Part shown: in pieces, positions 40,112-52,700 of the stretch
Layout: every line of letters begins with the position of its first letter
How positions within the stretch are numbered: position 1 is the stretch's first letter
From: Auanema rhodensis
Lineage: Eukaryota; Animalia; Nematoda
Length of the DNA stretch: 64,000 nt
Reading direction: 5' to 3'
Assembly: GCA_964057225.1 (NCBI GenBank)
Contig: OZ059899.1
Location: 15,872,001 to 15,936,000 of the forward strand
The notes under the pieces: model-generated
Told to the model about the DNA's origin: nothing
The model's input: only the letters and a program-made list of their open reading frames with translations
Databases searched by the model: none
Translations under genes and position numbers: made by a program

Positions 40112-41904
40112 ATGAGTGAACATATCATCTTAAGTGATAGTTTTGATAATAATAATAATTCTAATTCACGTCTTACAACTGACGACGGTGGCTGTAGTGA
40201 TGACAGTTGTGATGAACGTAAAAGCACTAACTCATCATTAGAATCGGTATGTTCAAGTCAGACGCTAATTAGCAATTGCATGTTTGAATCTCGCTCGACT
40301 TATTTATTTCCAATATGATCGAAATTTTGAAATTGTGAGTAGTACATGTTAAGTACGTGGTTGACATTTCAGCATAACTTCAGACTTTGTTTATATAAAT
40401 TAAAATTATTTGTTATTTATCGTCTACTGTGCTGTATATAATACTTATTATCTATATATTTAAATACTTTACATTCATACATCTATTGCATATAACTTTG
40501 GGCCATATATATGTATCATTATATTAGATATTTAATTATATTCATCGTCATTTATTTATTATCGCACTTGTTATTCAGAAAGTGAATGAAGACAAGACAT
40601 CGAATACAGACAAGAGCCAACATAGTGACGATGAGTCGCCGGTTGCACGTAAACGCAAGGCATCCTCGTTCAAACGTCGCAGCACTCGGCGACGTAGCAC
40701 TTCAGCCTATAGTGATTCATCAAGATCATCGTCGTGAGTTTTCTTGTTACTTAATATTTCTACTAATCCTTTGAGTTAAAAATATATTTATACTGCCTTT
40801 GGCAATATAGTGCCCTTTAGGGTATACTCATTATATAATATATACACATTTTCTAGGCGATCGGGCGCTCTTCCTAATAAACGAAAACGAGACCGTCGCA
40901 GTACAAGTGGATCTTCACGGGGAACTTACGATGGATTCGAGTATGTAATGTGTTAATTTTCTGAATATAATTACTATAACAAGTTATAGTTATATGGATT
41001 GTATATATTTTGTATGACAATCGCAACGATATGATTTCAGTTTTGAATTAGAAGAGCATGCTGCTCCATTCTCATGTAAGCAATGTCATCGTGGTTACTA
41101 TACAGTTCGAGAATTAGCTGAGCATGATATACGCCAGCATGGGATACGAGTATTCTGTGCTACTTGTCCAAAGGTTTGATGCTCTATTATGATTCTTGAA
41201 GGATATTAAGATAGCTTACTACATGAACGTTTTGATCGCAATTAATTTAGCACTGATGCTAGATTTGCAGGTAACTGACTCTGTCACAAAGCTTTCATCT
41301 CATATGGTCTTTCGTCACGCCGAAAAACCTGCAGTATGTCATTATTGCGGTAAAATATATGGCGACAAATGTGATGATCTAAACAAAACGGAATGGCATG
41401 ATTTCCGAACTCATATTCACAAGGTTTGACTTTAAATTAAAAACATTATGTAGATAGTGGAAGTATATTGAAAAAAGGAAGTGCTGTGCTCCAGTTCGTT
41501 TTAAATATCCGTAGCATAAAGAGGTTACAGGAAATTTTGAAACGAAAAACCAATGAACTTTGCACTCGTTTGAGTTCACGCCGTGAAGACTCTACTGCGC
41601 TCCGTGGGGTTGGGCGGTGCCCTCATGGCGCTCCAGTGAAGTGCAAGTACGTAACATTCAATAAGATATTATGGATTCAGAAGCTAATAAAATTCTTATA
41701 ACAGAAATTTTCCTCAGTGCCCAGGAGCGCGATGCATATATTCACATGGCCTATGCAGATATGATATAACATGCAATAAACTTTCTTGTCCTTTTGATCA
41801 TACGTCTCGACCACGAACATGTATGTCATGTATCAACGATATCAAAGTAAATAGTTTTGTTCTCAACCTTATTTCAATCATTATTTCAGTCTCGACGTCG
41901 ATAA
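40112..41904 (+). CDS. C2H2 zinc-finger protein with a basic Ser/Arg-rich N-terminus and a C-terminal Cys/His-rich (CCCH-like) domain
   Basis: Spliced exons give CKQC...HDIRQH, CATC...HMVFRH, CHYC...HIHK, then RGVGRCPHGAPVKCKNFPQCPGARCIYSHGLCRYDITCNKLSCPFDH...CMSC...SRRR* (TAA 41902-41904). The start may lie in a further upstream exon (acceptor at ~40100). Confidence 0.8.
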
Positions 41905-42089
41905 TATAAAGAAGCCGTCACATCTTAATTTTATCGAATATAATGTTTCTTCTATTTAATAGATCTGTTTCAAAATACATTTTCTCATATATGACGAATG
42001 CGTATTAATGTGTACCGTAACTACACGTATATAAATATACGTTGGGAAATAAAAAAAATAAAATAGTTAGGACACCCTCAACTCAAAGA

Positions 42090-42119
42090 CCCCAGAAAAC
42101 CCCAGAAAACCCCAGAAAA
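42090..42119. repeat. 10-bp tandem repeat (CCCCAGAAAA) x3
   Basis: c cccagaaaac cccagaaaac cccagaaaa seen directly. Confidence 0.85.
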
Positions 42120-42766
42120 TTCCAACAAAATACAAAAAAAAAAATTTTTTTAATTTCTAAAATTTTGCAAGTTCATATAGTTTATATTCAATCTAAATAT
42201 ATGTTAATATAATAATTAAAACTAATTTCAATAAAATTTCTAAGTTTATAAGGAAATTTAGTGTTTTTTAACTATTTTGAATAATCCCTTTTGATTTAAC
42301 AAAATTTGAGATTAGGAAAGAAGTTAATTCATTAAAAATATTTTAAAATGGGTCTAAGCACAAAACTCGATCAAAAACTAAGTTTTATCTGCAGCATAGC
42401 TTCAACCAAGTAAGTTTCAGCATCTGAATCTTACTGAATATCTATGAAGAGAACTTGGTTGACGTACAACCAAACATTCTATCAAAAGATTCTACCTGAT
42501 GTTTCGATGAAACTCATAAAAGAAGACTTCAAGCAGATTATTGAAAATTTCAGAGACAATTTGAGAAAAAGAGAAATTTTTAAGATTTTTTCTGAATTCA
42601 TTATCGTTTTCTAACACATAAAATATAATTTTTCTGAATTTTTGTAGTTTATCTGAGAAGGTACAATGTTAAGGGAGTAAGGGATTCTAGTGAGTGTCCG
42701 ACCTTCATCGCACAGGACTGTATATACTCACATATAATAAATATTAATATATAAGTTTGGTTCTAG

Positions 42767-45700
42767 TGTCCGGTGAATGTTCGCTTTTCTCTAAGATTAT
42801 TATCGAAAATCAACTAAAAACACTTTGAGGTGGGGTATTCAGATGTGTAGATTCTGAATCTCTTAGTGAAATTTGGCTAGGACTTCTCCTGTTTCCGGAA
42901 AAACGGTTTATATCGACCCCATCCACAAGATTTGTTCACAAAAAAGTGCAGGCTGTAGTCACGTGGTGTCCGGTGAATGTTCGCTTTATTCCAAGACCAT
43001 CATCGAAAATCAAACAAAAACACTTTGAGGTGGGGTATTCAGATGTGTAGATTCTGAATCTCTTAGTAAAATTTGGCTAGGACTTCTCCTGTTTCCGGAA
43101 AAACGGTTTATATCGACCCCATCCACAAGATTTGTTCACAAAAAAGTGCAGGCTGTAGTCACGTTGTGTCCGGTGAATGTTCGCTTTGTTCCAAGACCAT
43201 CATCGAAAATCAAACAAAAACACTTTGAGGTGGGGTATTCAGATGTGTAGATTCTGAATCTCTTAGTAAAATTTGGCTAGGACTTCTCCTGTTTCCGGAA
43301 AAACGGTTTATATCGACCCCATCCACAAGATTTGTTCACAAAAAAGTGCAGGCTGTAGTCACGTTGTGTCCGGTGAATGTTCGCTTTTCTCTAAGATTAT
43401 TATCGAAAATCAAATAAAAACACTTTGAGGTGGGGTATTCAGATGTTTAGATTCTGAATCTCTTAGTGAAATTTGGCTAGGACTTCTCTTGCTTCCGGAA
43501 AAACGGTTTATATCGACCCCATCCACAAGATTTGTTCACAAAAAAGTTCAGGCTGTAGTCACGTTGTGTCCGGTGAATGTTCGCTTTTCTCTAAGATCAT
43601 CATCCAAAATCAACTAAAAACACTTTGAGGTGGGGTATTCAGATGTGTAGATTCTGAATCTCTTAATGAAATTTGGCTAGGACTTCTCCTGTTCACGGAA
43701 AAACGGTTTATATCGACCCCATCCACAAGATTTGTTCACAAAAAAGTGCAGGCTGTAGTCACGTTGTGTCCGGTGAATGTTCGCTTTTCTCTAAGATCAT
43801 CATCGAAAATCAAATAAAAACACTTTGAGGTGGGGTATTCAGATGTGTAGATTCTGAATCTCTTAGTGAAATTTGGCTAGGACTTCTCCTGTTTACGGAA
43901 AAACGGTTTATGTCGACCCCATCCACAAGATTTGTTCACAAAAAAGTTCAGGCTGTAGTCACGTTGTGTCCGGTGAATGTTCGCTTTGTTCCAAGACCAT
44001 CATCGAAAATCAAACAAAAACACTTTGAGGTGGGGTATTCAGATGTGTAGATTCTGAATCTCTTAGTGAAATTTGGCTAGGACTTCTCCTGTTTACGGAA
44101 AAACGGTTTATATCGACGCCATCCACAAGATTTGTTCACAAAAAAGGTCAGGCTGTAGTCACGTTGTGTCCGGTGAATGTTCGCTTTGCTCCAACATCAT
44201 CATCGAAAATCAAATAAAAACATTCTGAGGTGGGGTATTCAGATGTGTAGATTCTGAATCTCTTGATGAAATTTGGCTAGGACTTCTCCTGTTTCCGGAA
44301 AAACGGTTTATATCGACGCCATCCACAAGATTTGTTCACAAAAAAGGTCAGGCTGTAGTCACGTTGTGTCCGGTGAATGTTCGCTTTGCTCCAACATCAT
44401 CATCGAAAATCAAACAAAAACACTTTGAGGTGGGGTATTCAGATGTGTAGATTCTGAATCTCTTAGTGAAATTTGGCTAGGACTTCTCCTGTTTCCGGAA
44501 AAACGGTTTATATCGACGCCATCCACAAGATTTGTTCACAAAAAAGTTCAGGCTGTAGTCACGTTGTGTCCGGTGAATGTTCGCTTTTCTCTAAGATTAT
44601 TATCGAAAATCAACTAAAAACACTTTGAGGTGGGGTATTCAGATGTGTAGATTCTGAATCTCTTAGTGAAATTTGGCTAGGACTTCTCCTGTTTCCGGAA
44701 AAACGGTTTATATCGACGCCATCCACAAGATTTGTTCACAAAAAAGTTCAGGCTGTAGTCACGTTGTGTCCGGTGAATGTTCGCTTTGCTCCAAGACCAT
44801 TATCCAAAATCAAATGAAAATACTTTGAGGTGGGGTATTCAGATGTGTAGATTCTGAATCTCTTAGTGAAATTTGGCTAGGACTTCTCTTGTTTCCGGAA
44901 AAACGGTTTATATCGACCCCATCCACAAGATTTGTTCACAAAAAAGTTCAGGCTGTAGTCACGTTGTGTCCGGTGAATGTTCGCTTTGCTCCAAGACCAT
45001 CATCGAAAATCAAACAAAACCACTTTGAGGTGGGGTATTTAGTTGTGTAGATTCTGAATCTCTTAGTGAAATTTGGCTAGGACTTCTCCTGTTTCCGGAA
45101 AAACGGTTTATATCGACGCCATCCACAAGATTTGTTCACAAAAAAGTTCAGGCTGTAGTCACGTTGTGTCCGGTGAATGTTCGCTTTGCTCCAAGACCAT
45201 TATCCAAAATCAAATGAAAATACTTTGAGGTGGGGTATTCAGATGTTTAGATTCTGAATCTCTTAGAGAAATTTGACTAGGACTTCTCCTGTTTACGGAA
45301 AAACGGTTTATATCGACGCCATCCACAAGATTTGTTCACAAAAAAGTTCAGGCTGTAGTCACGTTGTGTCCGGTGAATGTTCGCTTTGCTCCAAGACCAT
45401 TATCCAAAATCAAATGAAAATACTTTGAGGTGGGGTATTCAGATGTGTAGATTCTGAATCTCTTAGTGAAATTTGGCTAGGACTTCTCCTGTTTCCGAAA
45501 AAACGGTTTATATCGACGCCATCCACAAGATTTGTTCACAAAAAAGTTCAGGCTGTAGTCACGTTGTGTCCGGTGAATGTTCGCTTTGCTCCAAGACCAT
45601 TATCCAAAATCAAATGAAAATACTTTGAGGTGGGGTATTCAGATGTTTAGATTCTGAATCTCTTAGAGAAATTTGGCTAGGACTTCTCCTGTTTACGGAA

Positions 45701-48700
45701 AAACGGTTTATATCGACGCCATCCACAAGATTTGTTCACAAAAAAGTTCAGGCTGTAGTCACGTTGTGTCCGGTGAATGTTCGCTTTGCTCCAAGACCAT
45801 TATCCAAAATCAAATGAAAATACTTTGAGGTGGGGTATTCAGATGTTTAGATTCTGAATCTCTTAGAGAAATTTGGCTAGGACTTCTCCTGTTTACGGAA
45901 AAACGGTTTATATCGACGCCATCCACAAGATTTGTTCACAAAAAAGTTCAGGCTGTAGTCACGTTGTGTCCGGTGAATGTTCGCTTTGCTCCAAGACCAT
46001 TATCCAAAATCAAATGAAAATACTTTGAGGTGGGGTATTCAGATGTGTAGATTCTGAATCTCTTAGTGAAATTTGGCTAGGACTTCTCCTGTTTCCGGAA
46101 AAACGGTTTATATTGACCCCATCTACAAGATTTGTTCACAAAAAAGTTCAGGCTGTAGTCACGTTGTGTCCGGTGAATGTTCGCTTTGCTCCAAGACCAT
46201 TATCCAAAATCAAATGAAAATACTTTGAGGTGGGGTATTCAGATGTTTAGATTCTGAATCTCTTAGAGAAATTTGGCTAGGACTTCTCCTGTTTACGGAA
46301 AAACGGTTTATATCGACGCCATCCACAAGATTTGTTCACAAAAAAGTTCAGGCTGTAGTCACGTTGTGTCCGGTGAATGTTCGCTTTGCTCCAAGACCAT
46401 TATCCAAAATCAAATGAAAATACTTTGAGGTGGGGTATTCAGATGTGTAGATTCTCAATCTCTTAGTGAAATTTAGCTAGGACTTCTCCTGTTTACGGAA
46501 AAACGGTTTATATCGACGCCATCCACAAGATTTGTTCACAAAAAAGTTCAGGCTGTAGACACGTTGTGTCCGGTGAATGTTCGCTTTGCTCCAAGACCAT
46601 TATCCAAAATCAAATGAAAATACTTTGAGGTGGGGTATTCAGATGTGTAGATTCTGAATCTCTTAGTGAAATTTGGCTAGGACTTCTCCTGTTTCCGAAA
46701 AAACGGTTTATATCGACGCCATCCACAAGATTTGTTCACAAAAAAGTTCAGGCTGTAGTCACGTTGTGTCCGGTGAATGTTCGCTTTGCTCCAAGACCAT
46801 TATCCAAAATCAAATGAAAATACTTTGAGGTGGGGTATTCAGATGTGTAGATTCTGAATCTCTTAGAGAAATTTGGCTAGGACTTCTCCTGTTTACGGAA
46901 AAACGGTTTATATCGACGCCATCCACAAGATTTGTTCACAAAAAAGTTCAGGCTGTAGACACGTTGTGTCCGGTGAATGTTCGCTTTGCTCCAAGACCAT
47001 TATCCAAAATCAAACAAAAACACTTTGAGGTGGGGTATTCAGATGTGTAGATTCTCAATCTCTTAGTGAAATTTAGCTAGGACTTCTCCTGTTTACGGAA
47101 AAACGGTTTATATCGACGCCATCCACAAGATTTGTTCACAAAAAAGTTCAGGCTGTAGTCACGTTGTGTCCGGTGAATGTTCGCTTTGCTCCAAGACCAT
47201 TATCCAAAATCAAATGAAAATACTTTGAGGTGGGGTATTCAGATGTGTAGATTCTCAATCTCTTAGTGAAATTTAGCTAGGACTTCTCCTGTTTACGGAA
47301 AAACGGTTTATATCGACGCCATCCACAAGATTTGTTCACAAAAAAGTTCAGGCTGTAGACACGTTGTGTCCGGTGAATGTTCGCTTTGCTCCAAGACCAT
47401 TATCCAAAATCAAATGAAAATACTTTGAGGTGGGGTATTCAGATGTGTAGATTCTGAATCTCTTAGTGAAATTTGGCTAGGACTTCTCCTGTTTCCGAAA
47501 AAACGGTTTATATCGACGCCATCCACAAGATTTGTTCACAAAAAAGTTCAGGCTGTAGTCACGTTGTGTCCGGTGAATGTTCGCTTTGCTCCAAGACCAT
47601 TATCCAAAATCAAATGAAAATACTTTGAGGTGGGGTATTCAGATGTGTAGATTCTGAATCTCTTAGAGAAATTTGGCTAGGACTTCTCCTGTTTACGGAA
47701 AAACGGTTTATATCGACGCCATCCACAAGATTTGTTCACAAAAAAGTTCAGGCTGTAGTCACGTTGTGTCCGGTGAATGTTCGCTTTGCTCCAAGACCAA
47801 TATCCAAAATCAAACAAAAACACTTTGAGGTGGGGTATTCAGATGTGTAGATTCTGAATCTCTTGATGAAATTTAGCTAGGACTTCTCCTGTTTCCGGAA
47901 AAACGGTTTATATCGACGCCATCCACAAGATTTGTTCACAAAAAAGTTCAGGCTGTAGTCACGTTGTGTCCGGTGAATGTTCGCTTTTCTCTAAGATTAT
48001 TATCGAAAATCAACTAAAAACACTTTGAGGTGGGGTATTCAGATGTGTAGATTCTGAATCTCTTAGTGAAATTTGGCTAGGACTTCTCTTGTTTCCGGAA
48101 AAACGGTTTATATCGACCCCATCCACAAGATTTGTTCACAAAAAAGTTCAGGCTGTAGTCACGTTGTGTCCGGTGAATGTTCGCTTTGCTCCAAGACCAT
48201 CATCGAAAATCAAACAAAACCACTTTGAGGTGGGGTATTTAGTTGTGTAGATTCTGAATCTCTTAGTGAAATTTGGCTAGGACTTCTCCTGTTTCCGGAA
48301 AAACTGTTTATATCGACGCCATCCACAAGATTTGTTCACAAAAAAGTTCAGGCTGTAGACACGTTGTGTCCGGTGAATGTTCGCTTTGCTCCAAGACCAT
48401 TATCCAAAATCAAATGAAAATACTTTGAGGTGGGGTATTCAGATGTGTAGATTCTGAATCTCTTAATGAAATTTGGCTAGGACTTCTCCTGTTCACGGAA
48501 AAACGGTTTATATCGACCCTATCCACAAGATTTGTTCACAAAAAAGTGCAGGCTGTAGTCACGTTGTGTCCGGTGAATGTTCGCTTTGCTCCAAGACCAT
48601 TATCTAAAATCAAATGAAAATACTTTGAGGTGGGGTATTCAGATGTGTAGATTCTGAATCTCTTAGTGAAATTTGGCTAGGACTTCTCTTGTTTCCGGAA

Positions 48701-49359
48701 AAACGGTTTATATCGACCCCATCCACAAGATTTGTTCACAAAAAAGTTCAGGCTGTAGTCACGTTGTGTCCGGTGAATGTTCGCTTTGCTCCAAGACCAT
48801 CATCGAAAATCAAACAAAACCACTTTGAGGTGGGGTATTTAGTTGTGTAGATTCTGAATCTCTTAGTGAAATTTGGCTAGGACTTCTCCTGTTTCCGGAA
48901 AAACTGTTTATATCGACGCCATCCACAAGATTTGTTCACAAAAAAGTTCAGGCTGTAGTCACGTTGTGTCCGGTGAATGTTCGCTTTGCTCCAAGACCAT
49001 TATCCAAAATCAAATGAAAATACTTTGAGGTGGGGTATTCAGATGTGTAGATTCTCAATCTCTTAGTGAAATTTAGCTAGGACTTCTCCTGTTTACGGAA
49101 AAACGGTTTATATCGACGCCATCCACAAGATTTGTTCACAAAAAAGTTCAGGCTGTAGACACGTTGTGTCCGGTGAATGTTCGCTTTGCTCCAAGACCAT
49201 TATCCAAAATCAAATGAAAATACTTTGAGGTGGGGTATTCAGATGTGTAGATTCTGAATCTCTTAGTGAAATTTGGCTAGGACTTCTCCTGTTTCCGAAA
49301 AAACGGTTTATATCGACGCCATCCACAAGATTTGTTCACAAAAAAGTTCAGGCTGTAGT
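42767..49359. repeat. 200-bp tandem satellite array, left part (~33 monomers)
   Basis: The monomer TGTCCGGTGAATGTTCGCTTT...GAGGTGGGGTATTCAGATGTGTAGATTCTGAATC...GGCTGTAGTCACGTTG recurs at an exact 200-bp period with substitutions only. Confidence 0.99.
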
Positions 49360-49590
49360 TGTCTTGAATAAACAAAGAACACAAAATATATTATAACTAT
49401 TTATTATAAATAATTGGCAACGACCGATTATTATAAGTGTTAACTCGAAGAATAAAAAATGTTAATAACAAAAACAATGAAAAATGACTCTCACGTGAAC
49501 TTTCACGTGTTTTATAATAATGATTCAAAAATGGTAAAGATTATTCATGTTCTTCATTAATTATCTTCAATTTCTGATTAGATCAGAACA
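49360..49590 (-). repeat. 3' LTR (231 bp)
   Basis: Identical by eye to 55777-56007; TGT...ACA termini. Confidence 0.96.
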
Positions 49591-49600
49591 TTCCCGCCTC
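49591..49600 (-). other. Polypurine tract
   Basis: Minus strand GAGGCGGGAA directly abuts the 3' LTR. Confidence 0.8.
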
Positions 49601-49709
49601 AAAGAAGACGTATTTGATTCCTTAATTTGATTTTTATTATTATTTTGTTTCTTTACATCTTTTTCACGTTTTTGTTACGTGATGGCTCCCAACGACCAAA
49701 ACATTAATT

Positions 49710-52700
49710 TCATAAATATTCTTTATAGTTTATTCTAGCTATTGGTCTCAAGCGATGGTTCCATTGTTCGGTACCTCTTGGAATTATTGTATTTGATATA
49801 CAATCTTGTTGTTTTTGGTGAATTTCTGATTTTGGTTCTGATTCTTCATCTTTGGTTTCATCTTCCGTTTCCTTATGATTTTCATCGTATTGTTGGTTAA
49901 TTTCAAGAGGAATTAATTGATTTATACTTTTTCTTAATAAATTTCCTTCAGAATTTTTTATAATGGCCGTTCTTATCTGTTTATCTGGAGATATGATCAA
50001 TTCTTTTATAAGAACCATAGGCCATTTATTTCTTTTGGTGCCAATTTTTTCGCACAATACTATATCTCCTACTTTCGGAATGTTTTTTGAATAGTTTTTC
50101 ATATTTCTATACTTAATATTATTAGCTCTTAATTCTTCAAGATAATGACCTGTCCATTCAAGCCAAAATTTTTCTACTTTTTCATTGCAAATTTCCATCC
50201 ATTCTTTAATTTCTCTTTTATTTTCTAAATTAGTTTTATTTTCATTTCCCATATAACATGGTAATATATTACTTGGATGATAAATTTCTAAGCTCATTGG
50301 AGTTATAATTGTATCAAAATCTGTTTCAATATTAGTGAGAGGTCGGTTATTTATTACAGTTTCTATCTCAGCTAAAATTGTTTCAAGTTCTCTCAGTTCT
50401 ATTATTCTTACATCTAAGTTTTTCATTAGATATTTTTTAGTGATTCCGATCATTTTTTCATAAAAACCTCCTTTCCAGGGAGAATGTGGAGTTATGAACT
50501 TCCATTGAATAAAGTTCTTGCTCGAAAATTCTTTCAAAATTTTTTCTCCTTTAATAAATTGTGAGCCGTTATCACTATATATTATTTTCGGTATTCTTTT
50601 TCTTGCAAAAAATTTTCTTAGTACCAAAATGAATTCTTTGGATGTACAATCATGAACTAAATCAATATATATAGCTCTCGTGCATAGACATGTTATAAGC
50701 ATAATCCACACTTTTTTAGTTTCATTTTCTTTTTTGACGTATAATGGTCCAGCAAAATCAACACCAATATTTTCATATGGTTTGAATTTATTAATTCTAT
50801 GTATAGGTAACTGTGGAAAATCTGGATATTTATACGGTCTGTTATTTAATTTTTTACATTTTAAACATCTTGAATTGATTGTGTTTACTATATTCTTCAA
50901 TTTTATTATAAAAAAATTCTTTCTTATCATTGATATGAACGTGTTTCTTGCAGGATGTAACATGATACCATGCATATAGTTCAAAAATAAATTAGAATAA
51001 TTTGTTTTTCCAAATAATAGTATCGGATATTCATCAATACTCTTATTATCATTACCCATTCTGCCTCTTACTCTTAGAATATTATATTCATCCTTTATGA
51101 TATCCAGACTTTTATATTTTTTCTTTTCTAGGCTATTTATATTCTGTTCTTGATGCATTTTTATTATCAATTTCTCGATTAATTTATTTTTTATGCCTTC
51201 AGATTTTGCATCTCTGAGTTCTTCCATGATTTTATTCGAATTCATCCATTTTTCTTTTCTTAGTTTGCATGCAAACATAACTATTACTTTAATAATAGAC
51301 ATATATTCGGAAAAGGAAGAATATTTTCCTGCTAAACTTTCAAAATTTTCATATAAATTGTTTCGTTTTGTATTTATCAATAGATTTATGATTTTACTTT
51401 TACTAATTTCTGGATTAATAATGTTTTGCTGTGTTATAACATTGGCTTTAAATAAATTTTCCTCTTTCATCCAATAAGGACCATTTTTCCACATTTCAAA
51501 TTTAGCTTCATCTATATCTGCTCCTCTTGTAGGAATATCTGCAGGGTTTGCTTCAGATTTAACATAAAAATATTCTATTACTTTATCTTTTTCTTTCATT
51601 TCTTGACTGATTTCGTTTATTTTTTCTATTCTATTTCGAATATATAATTTTTTCTGAGGATTCTTTGATATCCAATGAAGTACGACTTGTGAATCAGTGA
51701 AAATTTTAATATTTCTTATATTAACGTTCATTTCTTTAAAATTTTCTCTAATTAATTTAAATCCTAGTACCATTGCTGATAATTCTTTCATCGGAATTGT
51801 ACCTTCTATCATTGTTGAAGATTTAGAATTTAAAAATTGGATATTAATTATATTATTTTGATCATTATATTCAATTATATATGCTACTGCAGCTATCACA
51901 TCTTTAGATGCGTCAGTGAATAAACAATATTCTAATTTTACTGGATTTTGATTTCTTAGGATTTGTCTTGGAAATTTTAAAAACTTATTTCTTAGTTTTT
52001 CGGTTATATTTAACCATTCATTAATCAAATCTTTTTCAGTGATTTCATCGTTCCAATCGTTTTTTAAATCCCATAATTTTTTCATAAATAGTTTTGCTTT
52101 CAGCATGATAGGTTGAGATATACCTATAGGATCAAAAACTGAATTAATAAAGCTCAAAACATTTTTTCTTGTTAGGTTATTAGCTTTCCAATTTGGGAAT
52201 TCAATAATGAATTCATCACTTTCTTTCTCATAGTTCATTCCCAAGATTTTCATGCTTCCTTCCTTCATTTTATCTTTTTGTGGGATCATTTGCATAATAT
52301 TTGGGTTATTACTATAGAATTCTCTTACATTCATATTAACCTTTGAGAAAAGATTTTTTATTTCTTCATATAGTTTTAAATTTTGATTGACATTACTTAC
52401 TTTCAGCATAATATTATCAACATAAATATTTTTCATTATATCTTCATTAATATCTCTTTTTTCCTTATTTAAAAAATATATTATACTTGCTGCTAATAAG
52501 AATGGTGAACTATTAACACCGAAAGGTATCCTAGTAAACCTTAAATTCACTAAATTACTGTTATCTATTTCCTTTCTAATATCTTTAATCCACAAAATTC
52601 GTGTTAAATCACGATGTTGTTTTTTCAATTCAATTTGATGAAAAGCTTTTTCGATATCGCCCATTATGAATTCTTTACATAATCGCAATCTAATTAGCAT

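Noticed and set aside
42066-42703. Possible decayed MITE with termini GTTAGGACACCCTCA / TGAGTGTCCGACC
   Set aside because: The inverted match is short and gapped, with no clear TSD.
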